A stretch of DNA of 64,000 nt from an uncultured Acidobacteriota bacterium (GTDB taxonomy: Bacteria; Acidobacteriota; Thermoanaerobaculia; Gp7-AA8). The notes under the pieces are model-generated. The model made no database searches, was not told where the DNA came from, and was given only the letters and a program-made list of their open reading frames with translations. How positions within the stretch are numbered: the stretch's first letter is position 1; the number at the start of each line of letters is the position of its first letter. Below, in pieces: positions 19,420-29,686 of this stretch. Location: NCBI GenBank assembly GCA_963741955.1, contig CAVUKB010000006.1, positions 192,001 to 256,000 on the forward strand. The letters are read 5' to 3'. The position numbers and the translations under genes were made by a program.

Positions 19420-20688
19420 CTAGTCTCCTCGGTAACCCAATGGTATCGAGATTTCGAGCCGCGATCCGGTGTCGCGTGATTCCACGGTGACGTCCCCGTT
19501 GAGGGCAGTGACCCGCTCGCCCAGCGTGGACGGCGCCTGATGCATCTCCGTGAGCTCGGCGAGCGAATGGCGGCCGCGAAAAGGAAATCCGCACCCGTTG
19601 TCGTCGACCACCACGGCGAGACGGTCATTCCCGGACGAGATCTCGACGCGCGCGTGGGTCGCCTGTCCGTGTCGCACTGCGTTCGTGAGCGCTTCGGTGA
19701 TGATGCGATAGGTCTCCCAGCCGAGAGATTTGGCCACCAATGGATCGATCGACCCGAAGGAAAGTTCGGTCTCCAGTCCCCACTGGATCCGGTAACGCTC
19801 TCGCAGCTGCTCGATCTGGGCCTGCAGATCGAACTCTCGTTCCACGCGACGAGGCTGGGGACGGAGCTGCTCCACATAGAAGCGGAGGTCGCGCTGGTCG
19901 GCCATGATCATCCCTTCGGTCTGGGTCAGAAGGGATCGTGCCTCGCCCGGGTTCCGCTCGAGAAGCTCGTGTACGGTCTCGAGTTGCAGGACTACTCCGG
20001 TGAACGACTGAAGGAGGCCGTCGTGGAGATCGCGGGCGACGCGGACCCGCTCCTTCCTCACCGCGTCATCCCTCGACTCCACCATCCGGCTCGAGTGCTC
20101 GAACCGGGAGACGAAGACGTCGGCAGCGAGAATTGCTGCCATGAAGCTCTCCCGGTCCGGTTCCGGAACGTCGAGGAGGAACAGGTGTCCCTGAATGATT
20201 TCCCCTGAAATCGGAAGTACGAGCGCGCGCCGGATCGAATGTCGCTCGCAGAAAGCCTTCTGAACGGGAGCGGTCACGGACCGCCGGCTGCGCGCGGCCG
20301 GACCCTGAACGAGCACACGGTCGCTGTCACAGTCCGCGAGATGGAACGGTAGTGAATCCAGCGAGGAATGGACGACCTCTCCCAGCTCGGTGGGCGGATC
20401 GCTCCTCATCTCGAACTCTCCCCTGAACACACGCGCGAGATGCAGCCACGGTTCGTCATGCGCTTCGAACAGCGCCATGGCTCGTTCGGTCTGAAAGAGT
20501 TCGGCGATCTGCTGGAGCGCCTCCCGGATCAGAGTCGCCGGCTCGAGCGGAAGCTCGTCTCCCAAAAAGGAGCCGAGTGTGCGGAGACGGTATGCGAGTC
20601 CCCGCCTCAGGCGGCCGGTCGAAGATCTCTTCCCTTCGCCGGAGGGTCGTCGCGCACGTGGATCGCCGGAAGAACGTGAGGGTGACAT
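19420..20688 (-). CDS. Cytoplasmic sensor histidine kinase (HisKA_3) with GAF-like N-terminus
   Basis: ERVRVARDLHDGLLQ, EALTNAVRHG, DDNGCGF; no TM helix; abuts the response regulator. Confidence 0.9.
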   Translation of the reverse strand: MSPSRSSGDPRARRPSGEGKRSSTGRLRRGLAYRLRTLGSFLGDELPLEPATLIREALQQIAELFQTERAMALFEAHDEPWLHLARVFRGEFEMRSDPPTELGEVVHSSLDSLPFHLADCDSDRVLVQGPAARSRRSVTAPVQKAFCERHSIRRALVLPISGEIIQGHLFLLDVPEPDRESFMAAILAADVFVSRFEHSSRMVESRDDAVRKERVRVARDLHDGLLQSFTGVVLQLETVHELLERNPGEARSLLTQTEGMIMADQRDLRFYVEQLRPQPRRVEREFDLQAQIEQLRERYRIQWGLETELSFGSIDPLVAKSLGWETYRIITEALTNAVRHGQATHARVEISSGNDRLAVVVDDNGCGFPFRGRHSLAELTEMHQAPSTLGERVTALNGDVTVESRDTGSRLEISIPLGYRGD

Positions 20689-20904
20689 GATCAAATCGAC
20701 CGAGATGATCGGATGTTACTGCCGAACACGGCCTCTTCGCCAGTCGCACCGGCCGTGCGTACCGGAGAGAGAACTCGAACATCGCGCGCGTGACCTCGGG
20801 AACTCCGCGACGAATGCGCTATCTTTATAGCGGCGAAGCGTAGCGGAATCGGATGGAGGAGCCGAACTTTGCAGCGACCGGAGCGTGAACCGCCTCTGCA
20901 CCAG

Positions 20905-21645
20905 ATGCAACCGACCAGGCGGTTTGCGGACCGGGCGCAGGAATACGCACGTTTCCGTCCGGACTACCCGGCAGAAGCGATCGATGCGATTCTCGACTCG
21001 ATCGGTGATCCGGCACATCTGGTGGTCGCCGACCTCGGCGCCGGAACCGGAATCGCGTCCCGCCAGCTGGCCCGGCGAGGAGTCAGGGTCATCGCGATCG
21101 AACCGAACGGCCCGATGCGCGGGAGCGCCGCCCCGGAAGCGGGAATCGAGTGGCGTGAAGGCTCCGCCGAAGACACCGGCCTCCCCGATCAGTCGGTGAT
21201 GCTCGCCACTGCATTTCAGGCCTTTCACTGGTTCGATCCCGAACCTGCACTGCGGGAGATGCATCGGATCCTCGTGCCGGACGGGCGGCTGGCCCTTGTC
21301 TGGAACCAGCGCGATCCGGACGATCCTCTCACCGCCGCATACAGCAGAATCGTGCGAGCTCTGTCGGATCAGCATCCGGCGGAAGAGCGGCCGAACGTCA
21401 CCGATCCACTCTTCGCTTCATCCCTCTTCGCCGGAGTGCGGCATCGGAGCTTCGCACATGGCCAGGACCTCTCGCTCGAAGGTCTGCTCGGTCGTGCGGC
21501 GAGCGTCTCGTATCTCCCGAAGGAAGGACCGCGTCACGAAGAACTGACTGAGCGTCTCCTCGAGCTTCATCGTGACTGGGGCGACTCTCACGGGATGGTG
21601 CGGCTGGCCTATCGCACCGAGGTGTTCCTCGCCACACGTGCCTGA
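20905..21645 (+). CDS. Class I SAM-dependent methyltransferase
   Basis: YARFRPDYP, ADLGAGTG, QAFHWF. Confidence 0.92.
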   Translation: MQPTRRFADRAQEYARFRPDYPAEAIDAILDSIGDPAHLVVADLGAGTGIASRQLARRGVRVIAIEPNGPMRGSAAPEAGIEWREGSAEDTGLPDQSVMLATAFQAFHWFDPEPALREMHRILVPDGRLALVWNQRDPDDPLTAAYSRIVRALSDQHPAEERPNVTDPLFASSLFAGVRHRSFAHGQDLSLEGLLGRAASVSYLPKEGPRHEELTERLLELHRDWGDSHGMVRLAYRTEVFLATRA

Positions 21646-21870
21646 GCTTCGAGGCTCGGGGCTCGAGATTCGAGGCTCGAGGCTCGGTAACGGCGACGGC
21701 ACGTCACTCGCGATCCCGTTTTCGATTCTCACTTCTCAACCGTCGACATCTGATCTTTGCTCCTCGATTCTCGATCCCAGATTCTCGATCCTCGATCCTC
21801 GATGCCTTTCAGATCCTCGATGCCTTTCAGATCCTCGATGCCTTTCAGATCCTCGATCCTCGATCCTCGA
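21646..21870. repeat. Intergenic heptamer-based simple repeats
   Basis: TCGAGGC-type then TCGATCC/TCGATTC heptamers, plus GATCCTCGATGCCTTTCA x3, between convergent genes. Confidence 0.75.
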
Positions 21871-21880
21871 TACCAGATAC

Positions 21881-22933
21881 CTACGCTCCCCCCTGCCAGT
21901 TCTCTTTCACCGGCTCGCGTGGCAACCACTCCGGAAGGCGCATGCGGAGGTGCAGCTCGAGCGCGATGGCATAGGGCTCGTACATCGCCCTGAGCTCGCG
22001 AAGCTTCGCGTCGGCTTCGTCGCCGTCGCGCAGCGGGATGCCGGCGGATTCGAGCTCCTGACGAAGGCGGGAGAGATCCTCGGCCGAAAGCCGCTCTCTC
22101 GACGGCTCACGAGGTGCGACGTGAAGCACGCTGCACATGTCCACCATGGCGTGGCGAGCCATGGCGAAGGTCAGCCACGCTGGTCGTGTGGGAGCACCGT
22201 CGATCCCGACGACGACCAGAGCGGCCGAATCGAGAACGGTGGTGAGAGCGCCGAGCCAAGACTGGTTGTCGTGTTGCGAGCGAAAGAACGCGAGCACCGG
22301 AAAAGAGATGTGGCTCTCGAGGAGCTCGGACGACCAGCGCTCCCAGTCGTGAAGGAAGTCCGACAGATCGCGGCATCCGGCGACATTGCCGTGGCGCCGC
22401 AAAAGCTCCAGCGCAGTGGGAGGAGAGCCTGCCCGCGCGTCGAGCAGAGCGATGTTCACCTCGCGGCGGGAGAACGCTTCCGAGAGCCCCGGGAGAAATC
22501 CGATCACCAGCGCCAGAAATCCGAACCCCGTTCCTGCTTCGATCACCGTGAGCACGCGGCCGAACGTGGTAATGGGGCGTACATCACCCAGTCCCAGAGT
22601 GAAGAACGTGCTGCCGCTGAAGTAGAGATGCGCGGAGAACCCTTCGGTCTCCGGCGGAACGTGCATCACTGTGCCTGCACCCCAGTAGAGAAGAGCGAAC
22701 CCGGTGATCAGCGTCCCGGCCCAGATGCCGAGCAGGAGGACGAACGACAACGGTCCGTAGATGCTCAGAAAGCTCTCGCGCCGGTTTCCTCCCGGGACGA
22801 ATCCCGACAACCTGGCCCATGGCGTCCAGGTCAGCGTGTAGAAAGCTCGAGTGATCCGCAGTCGCCGGGCGACCCGGCGAGCCATCAGGATCGTCTCGAA
22901 TCCGTCCCAGAGAACGATGTAGATGAGGATCAC
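21881..22933 (-). CDS. Two-TM potassium channel family protein (Ion_trans_2)
   Basis: YFSGSTFFTLGLGD pore loop between TM helices; the true start may be slightly upstream (CTG at 22960 after GAGGTG). Confidence 0.85.
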   Translation of the reverse strand: MILIYIVLWDGFETILMARRVARRLRITRAFYTLTWTPWARLSGFVPGGNRRESFLSIYGPLSFVLLLGIWAGTLITGFALLYWGAGTVMHVPPETEGFSAHLYFSGSTFFTLGLGDVRPITTFGRVLTVIEAGTGFGFLALVIGFLPGLSEAFSRREVNIALLDARAGSPPTALELLRRHGNVAGCRDLSDFLHDWERWSSELLESHISFPVLAFFRSQHDNQSWLGALTTVLDSAALVVVGIDGAPTRPAWLTFAMARHAMVDMCSVLHVAPREPSRERLSAEDLSRLRQELESAGIPLRDGDEADAKLRELRAMYEPYAIALELHLRMRLPEWLPREPVKENWQGGA

Positions 22934-23088
22934 TCCCCCGGCGATGGCGACGTGGTTCAGTGATTCACCTCTGAATGAGAATAAATTTCGAATTCAAAAT
23001 TCAGAACCTGTAACAATGATACAAAAGCAACGCGTATAGATATGATCTATTTTAGCGTCGTGTTTTCATTCTGCTGCGAAACTCCCCC

Positions 23089-23188
23089 GCCCCTTCGGGG
23101 TGCGACGAATGATCGCGCTCCTCTCTGTCTTTCCGGTGGTGGCCGCTTCGCGGCAGCCACCGGCTAATCTCCGTTGCCCCTTCGGGGC
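23089..23188. repeat. Tripartite hairpin REP-like element, copy 1
   Basis: GCCCCTTCGGGGT - 31 nt - CCGGTGG...CCACCGG hairpin - CTAATCTCCGTT - GCCCCTTCGGGGC. Confidence 0.6.
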
Positions 23189-23308
23189 AGAAGGACGATT
23201 CTTGAATTCGCTCTCGTCATTCGTTTGGTCAAAGGTGGCCGTCGCCCACCGGTGGCGCCCGAATTCAGGGTCCTGCTGAATCGCTAAACTGGCTTTCGAT
23301 TCATCTTC

Positions 23309-26300
23309 TCACGCCGTCGCCTGCTCCGGAACCTCCTCCTTCGGCGTCCCCCGCCATACTCTCCGGAACCACTCCGCTGCTCCTTCCACCGCCGAATCGA
23401 TGGTCGGAAGAACGATCAGCGTGAGAAACGTCGACGACACCAGACCTCCCATCACCGTTCGTGCCAGAGGGAAGTAGAAAAGCCCCCCTACCGATGAGCC
23501 GCCGATCGCGAGCGGAAGGAGACCGATGATCGTCGTCGACGCGGTCATGAGGATCGCGCGAAGTCGGTCTCGCCCTGCCTGCAGGACGGACTCCTCCCGA
23601 GACAGCCCGCCTGCCCGGAGCTGGTTCATGTGATCCAGCAGGACGATCCCGTTGTTCACCACGATCCCCATCAGGATCAGAAGGCCGATCTGCGCCATCA
23701 GATTGAAAGGAGTCCTGGTGATCGCAAGCATCCAGATCGCTCCCGGGAGCGCGAACGGAATGGAGAACAGAATGGCGAAGGGCTGAGCGAGAGATTCGAA
23801 CAGCGAAGCCATCACCAGATAGACCAGCGCCAGGGCGAGAAGGAAGTTGATCCCCATCTCCTTCCCCTGGGTGTCCTGCTCGAGGATCCGGTCGTCCCAG
23901 GACCAGCTGTATCCGGGGGGAAGCTCGAACGCATCCATCAGCCCGGTGATCCTCGTGCGCGTCTTCGGCCAGTCCTTCCCTTCGTACGTCGCACCGACCA
24001 CCGCACGAACCTTTCGATTCTCTCGCCGGATCGCGTCGGGAGTGCGCACCACATCGAAAATGGCGATGTCGCCGAGCTGCAACTGTTTTCCGCCCGAGGT
24101 CACGATCCGGATGTGGCGGAGGTCGTCGAGATTTTCGCGATCCGAGCGCCGAAGCGCGACCCACGTCTCCACTTCCCGCGCTCCGGCGTTGAAGCGGTTC
24201 AGACGCATACCGCCGAGCGTGAAAGAAAAGATGTCGGAGATATCCTGAGCGCTCAGGCCGAGCTTGAGCGCGCGGGCCCGATCGATGGTCACCTGCACTT
24301 CCCGGCGCGGATTGCGGTTACCGACATTGATGTCCGCCACTCCCTCGATCGTCCCCAGCCGCCGCTCGGCTTCCTCCGCCAGCTGCTGGAGTACGGCGCT
24401 GTCCTGGCCGAAGAACTTCACCGCGAAATGAGTGCTGTCGCCTCCCTCTTCGGAATCGGTGTCGAAGAAGAGACGGACCCCGGCGATCGGCGGGAGCGAT
24501 TCGCGGATCTTCTTTCGCAGTTCCGCGATTTCCGTATCACTCAAACTCGGATCCGCCAGAGTCATCGTGGTGGCCGCCTCGCTGTCGCCGAAATAGCTGT
24601 AGAGACCCTTGATGCCGAACGCCTGCCGGTTCTTCCAGAGGTGCTTTTCGACCACGTCGACCGCTCGCTCGCTGTCCGACTTGTACGAAAAATCCTTGAA
24701 GTCGTAAGAGAGCTGGATCCGTTCGTTCCGGTGCGCCGCGAAGATCGCGGCTTTGACCCACCCGGCAGCGAACGGCACCACCGTCAGCCCGCCGACCAGA
24801 ACGATGGCGGCGAATGTCTTCACGCGATGCCGCTGGGTCCAGGCGAGAACCCGAACGTACCGCTCCTCGAGCCACACGATCAGCGGATTCGGCCTCCGCT
24901 CCCTGTGCTGGAGGAAATGCGCCGACATCAGAGGGATCAGCGTCAGCGACGCGAGGAGCGAACAGACCAGGGCGAGAGAGATCGCGATGCCGACCTCGCC
25001 GAGCCAGATCGTCAGCTCCGAGGCGCCACCGACGATCAGCGGGAGGAAGACGATCAGCGACGTCGCGGTCGATGCGATCACCGCAAGACCGACCGCACCG
25101 GCTCCTTCCAGCGCGGCCCGGCCCGTGTCGGTCACTTCGCGCTGACGCCGGTCGATCGACTCGAGCACCACGATGGCGTTGTCGACCAGCATTCCCACCC
25201 CGAGCATCAGTCCCATCATCGAAAGGACGTTCAGCGTCTTCCCGAGAAAGTACATCACCCCGATCGCGGCAATGATCGAAAAGGGGATGGAGAGCGACAC
25301 GATCAGCGTGGCGCTGAAACGGCGCAGGAAGAAATAGAGGACCAGTACCGCGAGGAGTCCGCCGATGAATCCCGACTGAGTCAGACCGCGGATACCGCCG
25401 GTGATCTGCTCGGCCTGATCATTCCAGGTGAAGAGCTTGATTCCCTTCAGGAGCGGATCGCTCCCGATGTCGTTCTCGATGACGTTCATCACCGCACGAA
25501 CGACGTCCACCGTATTGGCGGTCGATTCCTTGTAGACGTTCAGCGCGATCGCGTACTTTCCGTCGAGGTGCCGGCCATAGTCGATCGGAGGCTCGTCGTA
25601 GCGGACGTCCGCGACGTCGCCCAGTCTCAGCCCTCGTCCATCGATCACCAGGTTCCGGATCTCGTCGACGGAACGAAGCTGGCCGAGAGCACGTACCGTC
25701 AGTCGCGTACCCTTCTCGGTGACCTGCCCGAGGACCATGTTCGACGAAGCGCCTCGAAGGCGTTGAATCAGGGTTCCGACGTCCACCGAATGCTTGTTCA
25801 CGTCGTCGATGCGGAGATCGATGTTGATCTCCCGCGGGGCGACGCCGTCGATGTCGACGCGCGCGACACCCGGAACGCGGCGGATCCGGTTCATCACCCG
25901 CGCCTCGAGCAGGTCGTAGTTCTTCGAGAGGTCCACCCCCTCGGCTGCGATGCGCGCCTCCACCACCGGGATGTCGTTGGTGTTGAACGAGAAGATCAGA
26001 ATCTGCCCGATGTCCTCCGGGAGCGATGGGCGAATCTGATCCATCTTCTCGCTCACCTGCATCCGGATCACGTCGAGGTCGAGTCCCCAGTCGAATCGGA
26101 GATCGATCTGGGAGGAATCGGCGGTCGAGCGCGAGGTCAGTTTCTTCACGTGGGGGAGTGTCGCGAGCACCTCTTCGACCGGCTTGGTGATCTCCTTTTC
26201 GATCTGCGTCGGATTCGAGTTCGGATGCGCGATCCGGATCCCGATGAATGGCGCGTCCACCTCCGGAAGGAGCGCGAGCGGAATCCGGGTGATGGTGATT

Positions 26301-26377
26301 CCCCCGATCACCAGCACCGAAATGATGAGCATGATGGTCGTGACGGGTCGATGCACTGCGAGCTTCGGAAGCGTCAT
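23309..26377 (-). CDS. RND efflux permease (AcrB/SwrC-like), subunit 2
   Basis: RND topology; GMLVDNAIVVLE, GIVVNNGIVL, RLRAILMT. Confidence 0.95.
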   Translation of the reverse strand: MTLPKLAVHRPVTTIMLIISVLVIGGITITRIPLALLPEVDAPFIGIRIAHPNSNPTQIEKEITKPVEEVLATLPHVKKLTSRSTADSSQIDLRFDWGLDLDVIRMQVSEKMDQIRPSLPEDIGQILIFSFNTNDIPVVEARIAAEGVDLSKNYDLLEARVMNRIRRVPGVARVDIDGVAPREINIDLRIDDVNKHSVDVGTLIQRLRGASSNMVLGQVTEKGTRLTVRALGQLRSVDEIRNLVIDGRGLRLGDVADVRYDEPPIDYGRHLDGKYAIALNVYKESTANTVDVVRAVMNVIENDIGSDPLLKGIKLFTWNDQAEQITGGIRGLTQSGFIGGLLAVLVLYFFLRRFSATLIVSLSIPFSIIAAIGVMYFLGKTLNVLSMMGLMLGVGMLVDNAIVVLESIDRRQREVTDTGRAALEGAGAVGLAVIASTATSLIVFLPLIVGGASELTIWLGEVGIAISLALVCSLLASLTLIPLMSAHFLQHRERRPNPLIVWLEERYVRVLAWTQRHRVKTFAAIVLVGGLTVVPFAAGWVKAAIFAAHRNERIQLSYDFKDFSYKSDSERAVDVVEKHLWKNRQAFGIKGLYSYFGDSEAATTMTLADPSLSDTEIAELRKKIRESLPPIAGVRLFFDTDSEEGGDSTHFAVKFFGQDSAVLQQLAEEAERRLGTIEGVADINVGNRNPRREVQVTIDRARALKLGLSAQDISDIFSFTLGGMRLNRFNAGAREVETWVALRRSDRENLDDLRHIRIVTSGGKQLQLGDIAIFDVVRTPDAIRRENRKVRAVVGATYEGKDWPKTRTRITGLMDAFELPPGYSWSWDDRILEQDTQGKEMGINFLLALALVYLVMASLFESLAQPFAILFSIPFALPGAIWMLAITRTPFNLMAQIGLLILMGIVVNNGIVLLDHMNQLRAGGLSREESVLQAGRDRLRAILMTASTTIIGLLPLAIGGSSVGGLFYFPLARTVMGGLVSSTFLTLIVLPTIDSAVEGAAEWFRRVWRGTPKEEVPEQATA

Positions 26378-29300
26378 GGCGCGGCCTCCGTCGATCCGGA
26401 CATCACCGGGGACGTCCACTGCTCGCCAGCCGGCGTCGTCTCGAGATCTGCTGCGAACCTCTTGCGGTCGAGCAGAGAATAGATCACCGGAATCACGATC
26501 AGAGTGAGCGCCGTCCCGACGGTCAAGCCGCCGATCACGGTGATCGCGAGTGGAGCGCGAAGCTCCGCGCCATCACCCAGCCCGAGCGCCATCGGGAGAA
26601 GCCCGAGGATGGTGGTCGCCGAGGTCATCAGAATCGGCCGCAGCCGGTTGCTTCCGGCCTGGATCAGCGCGTCGCGTTTCGGCAGTCCGCTCTTCCTCAG
26701 CTGATTCACCGCGTCGATCATCACGATCGCGTTGTTCACCACGATTCCTGCGAGCATCACGATTCCGATCATCGCGACGATGCTCACCGTGCGGCCGGTC
26801 AGCGCGAGCGCTCCGACCACACCGATCGCGCCGAGCGGGAAGGTGAAGATGATCACGAAGGGATGGAGGAGCGATTCGAACTGAGAGGCCATCACCAGGT
26901 ACACCAGGAACAGCGCGAGGCCGACCGCGAAGAGCAGCGATCGGATGGAGCGCTGCATCTCCTCTTCCTGTCCGCTCAGGGACGCGGTGGTTCCGGCCGG
27001 AAGAGGAGTGGCGGCGATCATCGCGCGGACGTCCGCGGCGACTGCACCCATGTCGCGGCCGGAAAGGTTTCCGGAGACCACGGCTGCGCGCTTCTGGCCG
27101 ATGCGGCGGATCTCCGTCGGTCCTTCCGCGGTGCTCACTTCGGCGACGGAGTCGAGGTACATGGGACGGCCCTCGCGTTCTCCGATGATCAGGTTCTTCA
27201 CTTCATCGACCGAGGCGGCTCCTTTCTCTACCGAGCGCACCACGATGTCGATCTCGCGGTCGCCCTGCGTGAACCGCGTCGCGGTCTCTCCCTGGATCTT
27301 GTTCCGTACCGTTGCGGCGACCTGGGAGAGGTCGAGTCCGAAATTCGCGAGCTGCTCGCGATTGAATCGGATCTGAAGCTCCGGGTTCCCGAGCTCCGCA
27401 CTCGTTTTCACGTCGACCAGTCCGGGGATCTTTTCCATCTTCGCCCGGAGGGCGCGCGAAACCTGATGAAGCTCGTCGAGATCGTCACCGTAGATCTCCA
27501 CCTCGATCGGAGTACGGAACGTGAAGTACGTCGGCCGCTCCACCTTGAAGCTTCCGATACCGGAGCTCTCGAGCCGTTCGCGGAGGAGCGCGACCACCGC
27601 CTCCTCGTCGTCGCTGGTCGCTCCGTGTTTCATCTGCACCTGGATGCGCGCGCTGTTCTCACCCTCCGTCCCGGTGTTCGATAGAGAGAGACCGACGCCG
27701 CCGGAGATGGTCGACCATGATGCGACGTTTTCCTGACCGTCGAGAACGGTCGAGATCCCCTGGATCAGCCGGTCCGTCGACTCGAGAGGGGTTCCCTCCG
27801 GCAGCTCGACGCGGAAGCTGAATTCTCCCTGCGTGAATGCCGGCATCAGGTCGAGGCCGAGGCGAGGCGCCCACGCCGCGGCGGCACCGGCGGTGAGAAG
27901 AACCACGAGAAGGACCGGCCCGCGATGATCGAGGGCCTTTCCGACCAGGATCGGATACGCACCGGAGAGGGCTGCCATCGCACGGTCGAAGAGCCGCGAC
28001 AGGGGACGTACGATGAATGCGACGAAGGCGGACGATCTCACCGCTGCGACTCGGATCCAGCGCACGAGATGAGACGGTCCTCCGGTGAAGATCGCGCGCA
28101 GGACGCGACGCACTTTTCCGGCCGGCCGGATCGGCTCGCCGGAAGGCGCAGCAACGGCGGCACCCGGTGACGACATCAGCGCGGCCATCATCGGGATGAG
28201 CGTCAATGAGACCACCAGTGATGCGATCAACGAGAAGGAGACAGTGAGCGCCTGATCCTTGAAGAGCTGCGCGGCGATTCCTTCGAGGAAGACGACCGGA
28301 AGGAACACCGCGACCGTGGTGAGTGTCGACGCGACCACGGCCATCCCCACTTCCTTCGCACCGTCCATCGCCGACTCGAGCACCCCCATCCCCGCTTCGC
28401 GTTTACGGAAGATCGATTCCAGGACCACGATGGCGTTGTCCACCAGCATTCCCACCCCGAGCGCGAGCCCGCCGAGAGACATGATGTTCAGCGACGTGCC
28501 GGTTCGGTACATCAGGAAGAACGTGGCGATGATCGAGATGGGGATGGAGACTCCGATGATCACCGTGCTTCGCACGTCTTTGAGGAAGAAGAGAAGCACG
28601 ATGATGGCGATGATGCCGCCGAGCACCGCATTGCCGAGCACTTCGTCCACCGCGGAACGGATGAAACGCGACTGATCCACTCCGGTGACGACCTCGATCC
28701 CGGAGGGAAGCTCTTTCTTCACGCGATCGAGCCGGCTCTGAATCGCTCGTGCGACCGAGACGATATTCGCGTCTCCTTCTTTGTACATCGCCAGCTCGAC
28801 CGCTTCCTTCCCGTCGAAGCGGGTGATGACTTCGCGCTGCTTGTGCCCGCGAATCACCGTCGCGACGTCGGACATCTTCACGTTCCGTCCGTCGCGCGCG
28901 ACGAGCACGGTATCCATGATGTCCTGAAGACTCTCGAACTCGTTCCGCGCGCGCACGAGATAGCGCGCCTCCTTTTCATAGAGGCTGCCGCCGGCCTGGT
29001 TGACGTTCTCCCGCCGAAGCTTCTGGTCGACCTCGTCGATCGGAACTCCGAGCAGTGAGAGCTTCCCCTCATCGACCCGGACCTCGATCTCCTCCTCGTA
29101 GCCGCCGTTCACCTTGATCGCCGCGACGCCCTCGGTCGATTCGAGATCCTTCTTGAGCACCTCCTCGGCCACGTAACGGAGCCGGTACAGATTGTCGGTG
29201 CCGGTGACGTAGAGACGGACCACCGGATCGTTGGCCGGATCGAAGCGGAGGATCACCGGCTTGTCGGCTTCCCGCGGGAGGGTCAGCAGATCGAGTTTCT

Positions 29301-29628
29301 GACGAACGTCGAGGGCCGCGAAATCCATGTTGCGGCCCCAGTCGAACTCGAGCGTGACCTGGGAGAGCCCGGGCCGCGAGACGGAGGTCATCCGCTTCAC
29401 CCCGGCGACCACACCGACGGCCTCTTCCACCTGGCGCGAGATGAGAGTCTCCACCTCGCCCGGAGCCGCACCGGTGAAGCGGGTCTCCACGGTGAGGCTG
29501 GGGTAGGAAATGTCGGGCAGAAGATTCATCGGGAGCCGCGTGAATGCGACGATTCCGAAGAGGACGACCGCGACGGCGCACATCGACACCGTCACCCGGC
29601 GCTTCAGTGAAAACTCGATCAGACGCAT
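26374..29628 (-). CDS. RND efflux permease (AcrB/SwrC-like), subunit 1
   Basis: LLPDISYP, GMLVDNAIVVLE, RLRPILMT; stop overlaps the next ATG. Confidence 0.95.
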   Translation of the reverse strand: MRLIEFSLKRRVTVSMCAVAVVLFGIVAFTRLPMNLLPDISYPSLTVETRFTGAAPGEVETLISRQVEEAVGVVAGVKRMTSVSRPGLSQVTLEFDWGRNMDFAALDVRQKLDLLTLPREADKPVILRFDPANDPVVRLYVTGTDNLYRLRYVAEEVLKKDLESTEGVAAIKVNGGYEEEIEVRVDEGKLSLLGVPIDEVDQKLRRENVNQAGGSLYEKEARYLVRARNEFESLQDIMDTVLVARDGRNVKMSDVATVIRGHKQREVITRFDGKEAVELAMYKEGDANIVSVARAIQSRLDRVKKELPSGIEVVTGVDQSRFIRSAVDEVLGNAVLGGIIAIIVLLFFLKDVRSTVIIGVSIPISIIATFFLMYRTGTSLNIMSLGGLALGVGMLVDNAIVVLESIFRKREAGMGVLESAMDGAKEVGMAVVASTLTTVAVFLPVVFLEGIAAQLFKDQALTVSFSLIASLVVSLTLIPMMAALMSSPGAAVAAPSGEPIRPAGKVRRVLRAIFTGGPSHLVRWIRVAAVRSSAFVAFIVRPLSRLFDRAMAALSGAYPILVGKALDHRGPVLLVVLLTAGAAAAWAPRLGLDLMPAFTQGEFSFRVELPEGTPLESTDRLIQGISTVLDGQENVASWSTISGGVGLSLSNTGTEGENSARIQVQMKHGATSDDEEAVVALLRERLESSGIGSFKVERPTYFTFRTPIEVEIYGDDLDELHQVSRALRAKMEKIPGLVDVKTSAELGNPELQIRFNREQLANFGLDLSQVAATVRNKIQGETATRFTQGDREIDIVVRSVEKGAASVDEVKNLIIGEREGRPMYLDSVAEVSTAEGPTEIRRIGQKRAAVVSGNLSGRDMGAVAADVRAMIAATPLPAGTTASLSGQEEEMQRSIRSLLFAVGLALFLVYLVMASQFESLLHPFVIIFTFPLGAIGVVGALALTGRTVSIVAMIGIVMLAGIVVNNAIVMIDAVNQLRKSGLPKRDALIQAGSNRLRPILMTSATTILGLLPMALGLGDGAELRAPLAITVIGGLTVGTALTLIVIPVIYSLLDRKRFAADLETTPAGEQWTSPVMSGSTEAAP

Positions 29629-29686
29629 TCGCTTCTCCCGGTCAGCGTGAGTGGTGGCTCGATTCGAGACGAGTGAACTCTGAAAC

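Noticed and set aside
23630-26482. 950-aa plus-strand ORF and similar long antisense ORFs (e.g. 16965-18671, 47721-49163, 60622-62202)
   Set aside because: Shadow ORFs opposite well-supported genes, expected in high-GC DNA.
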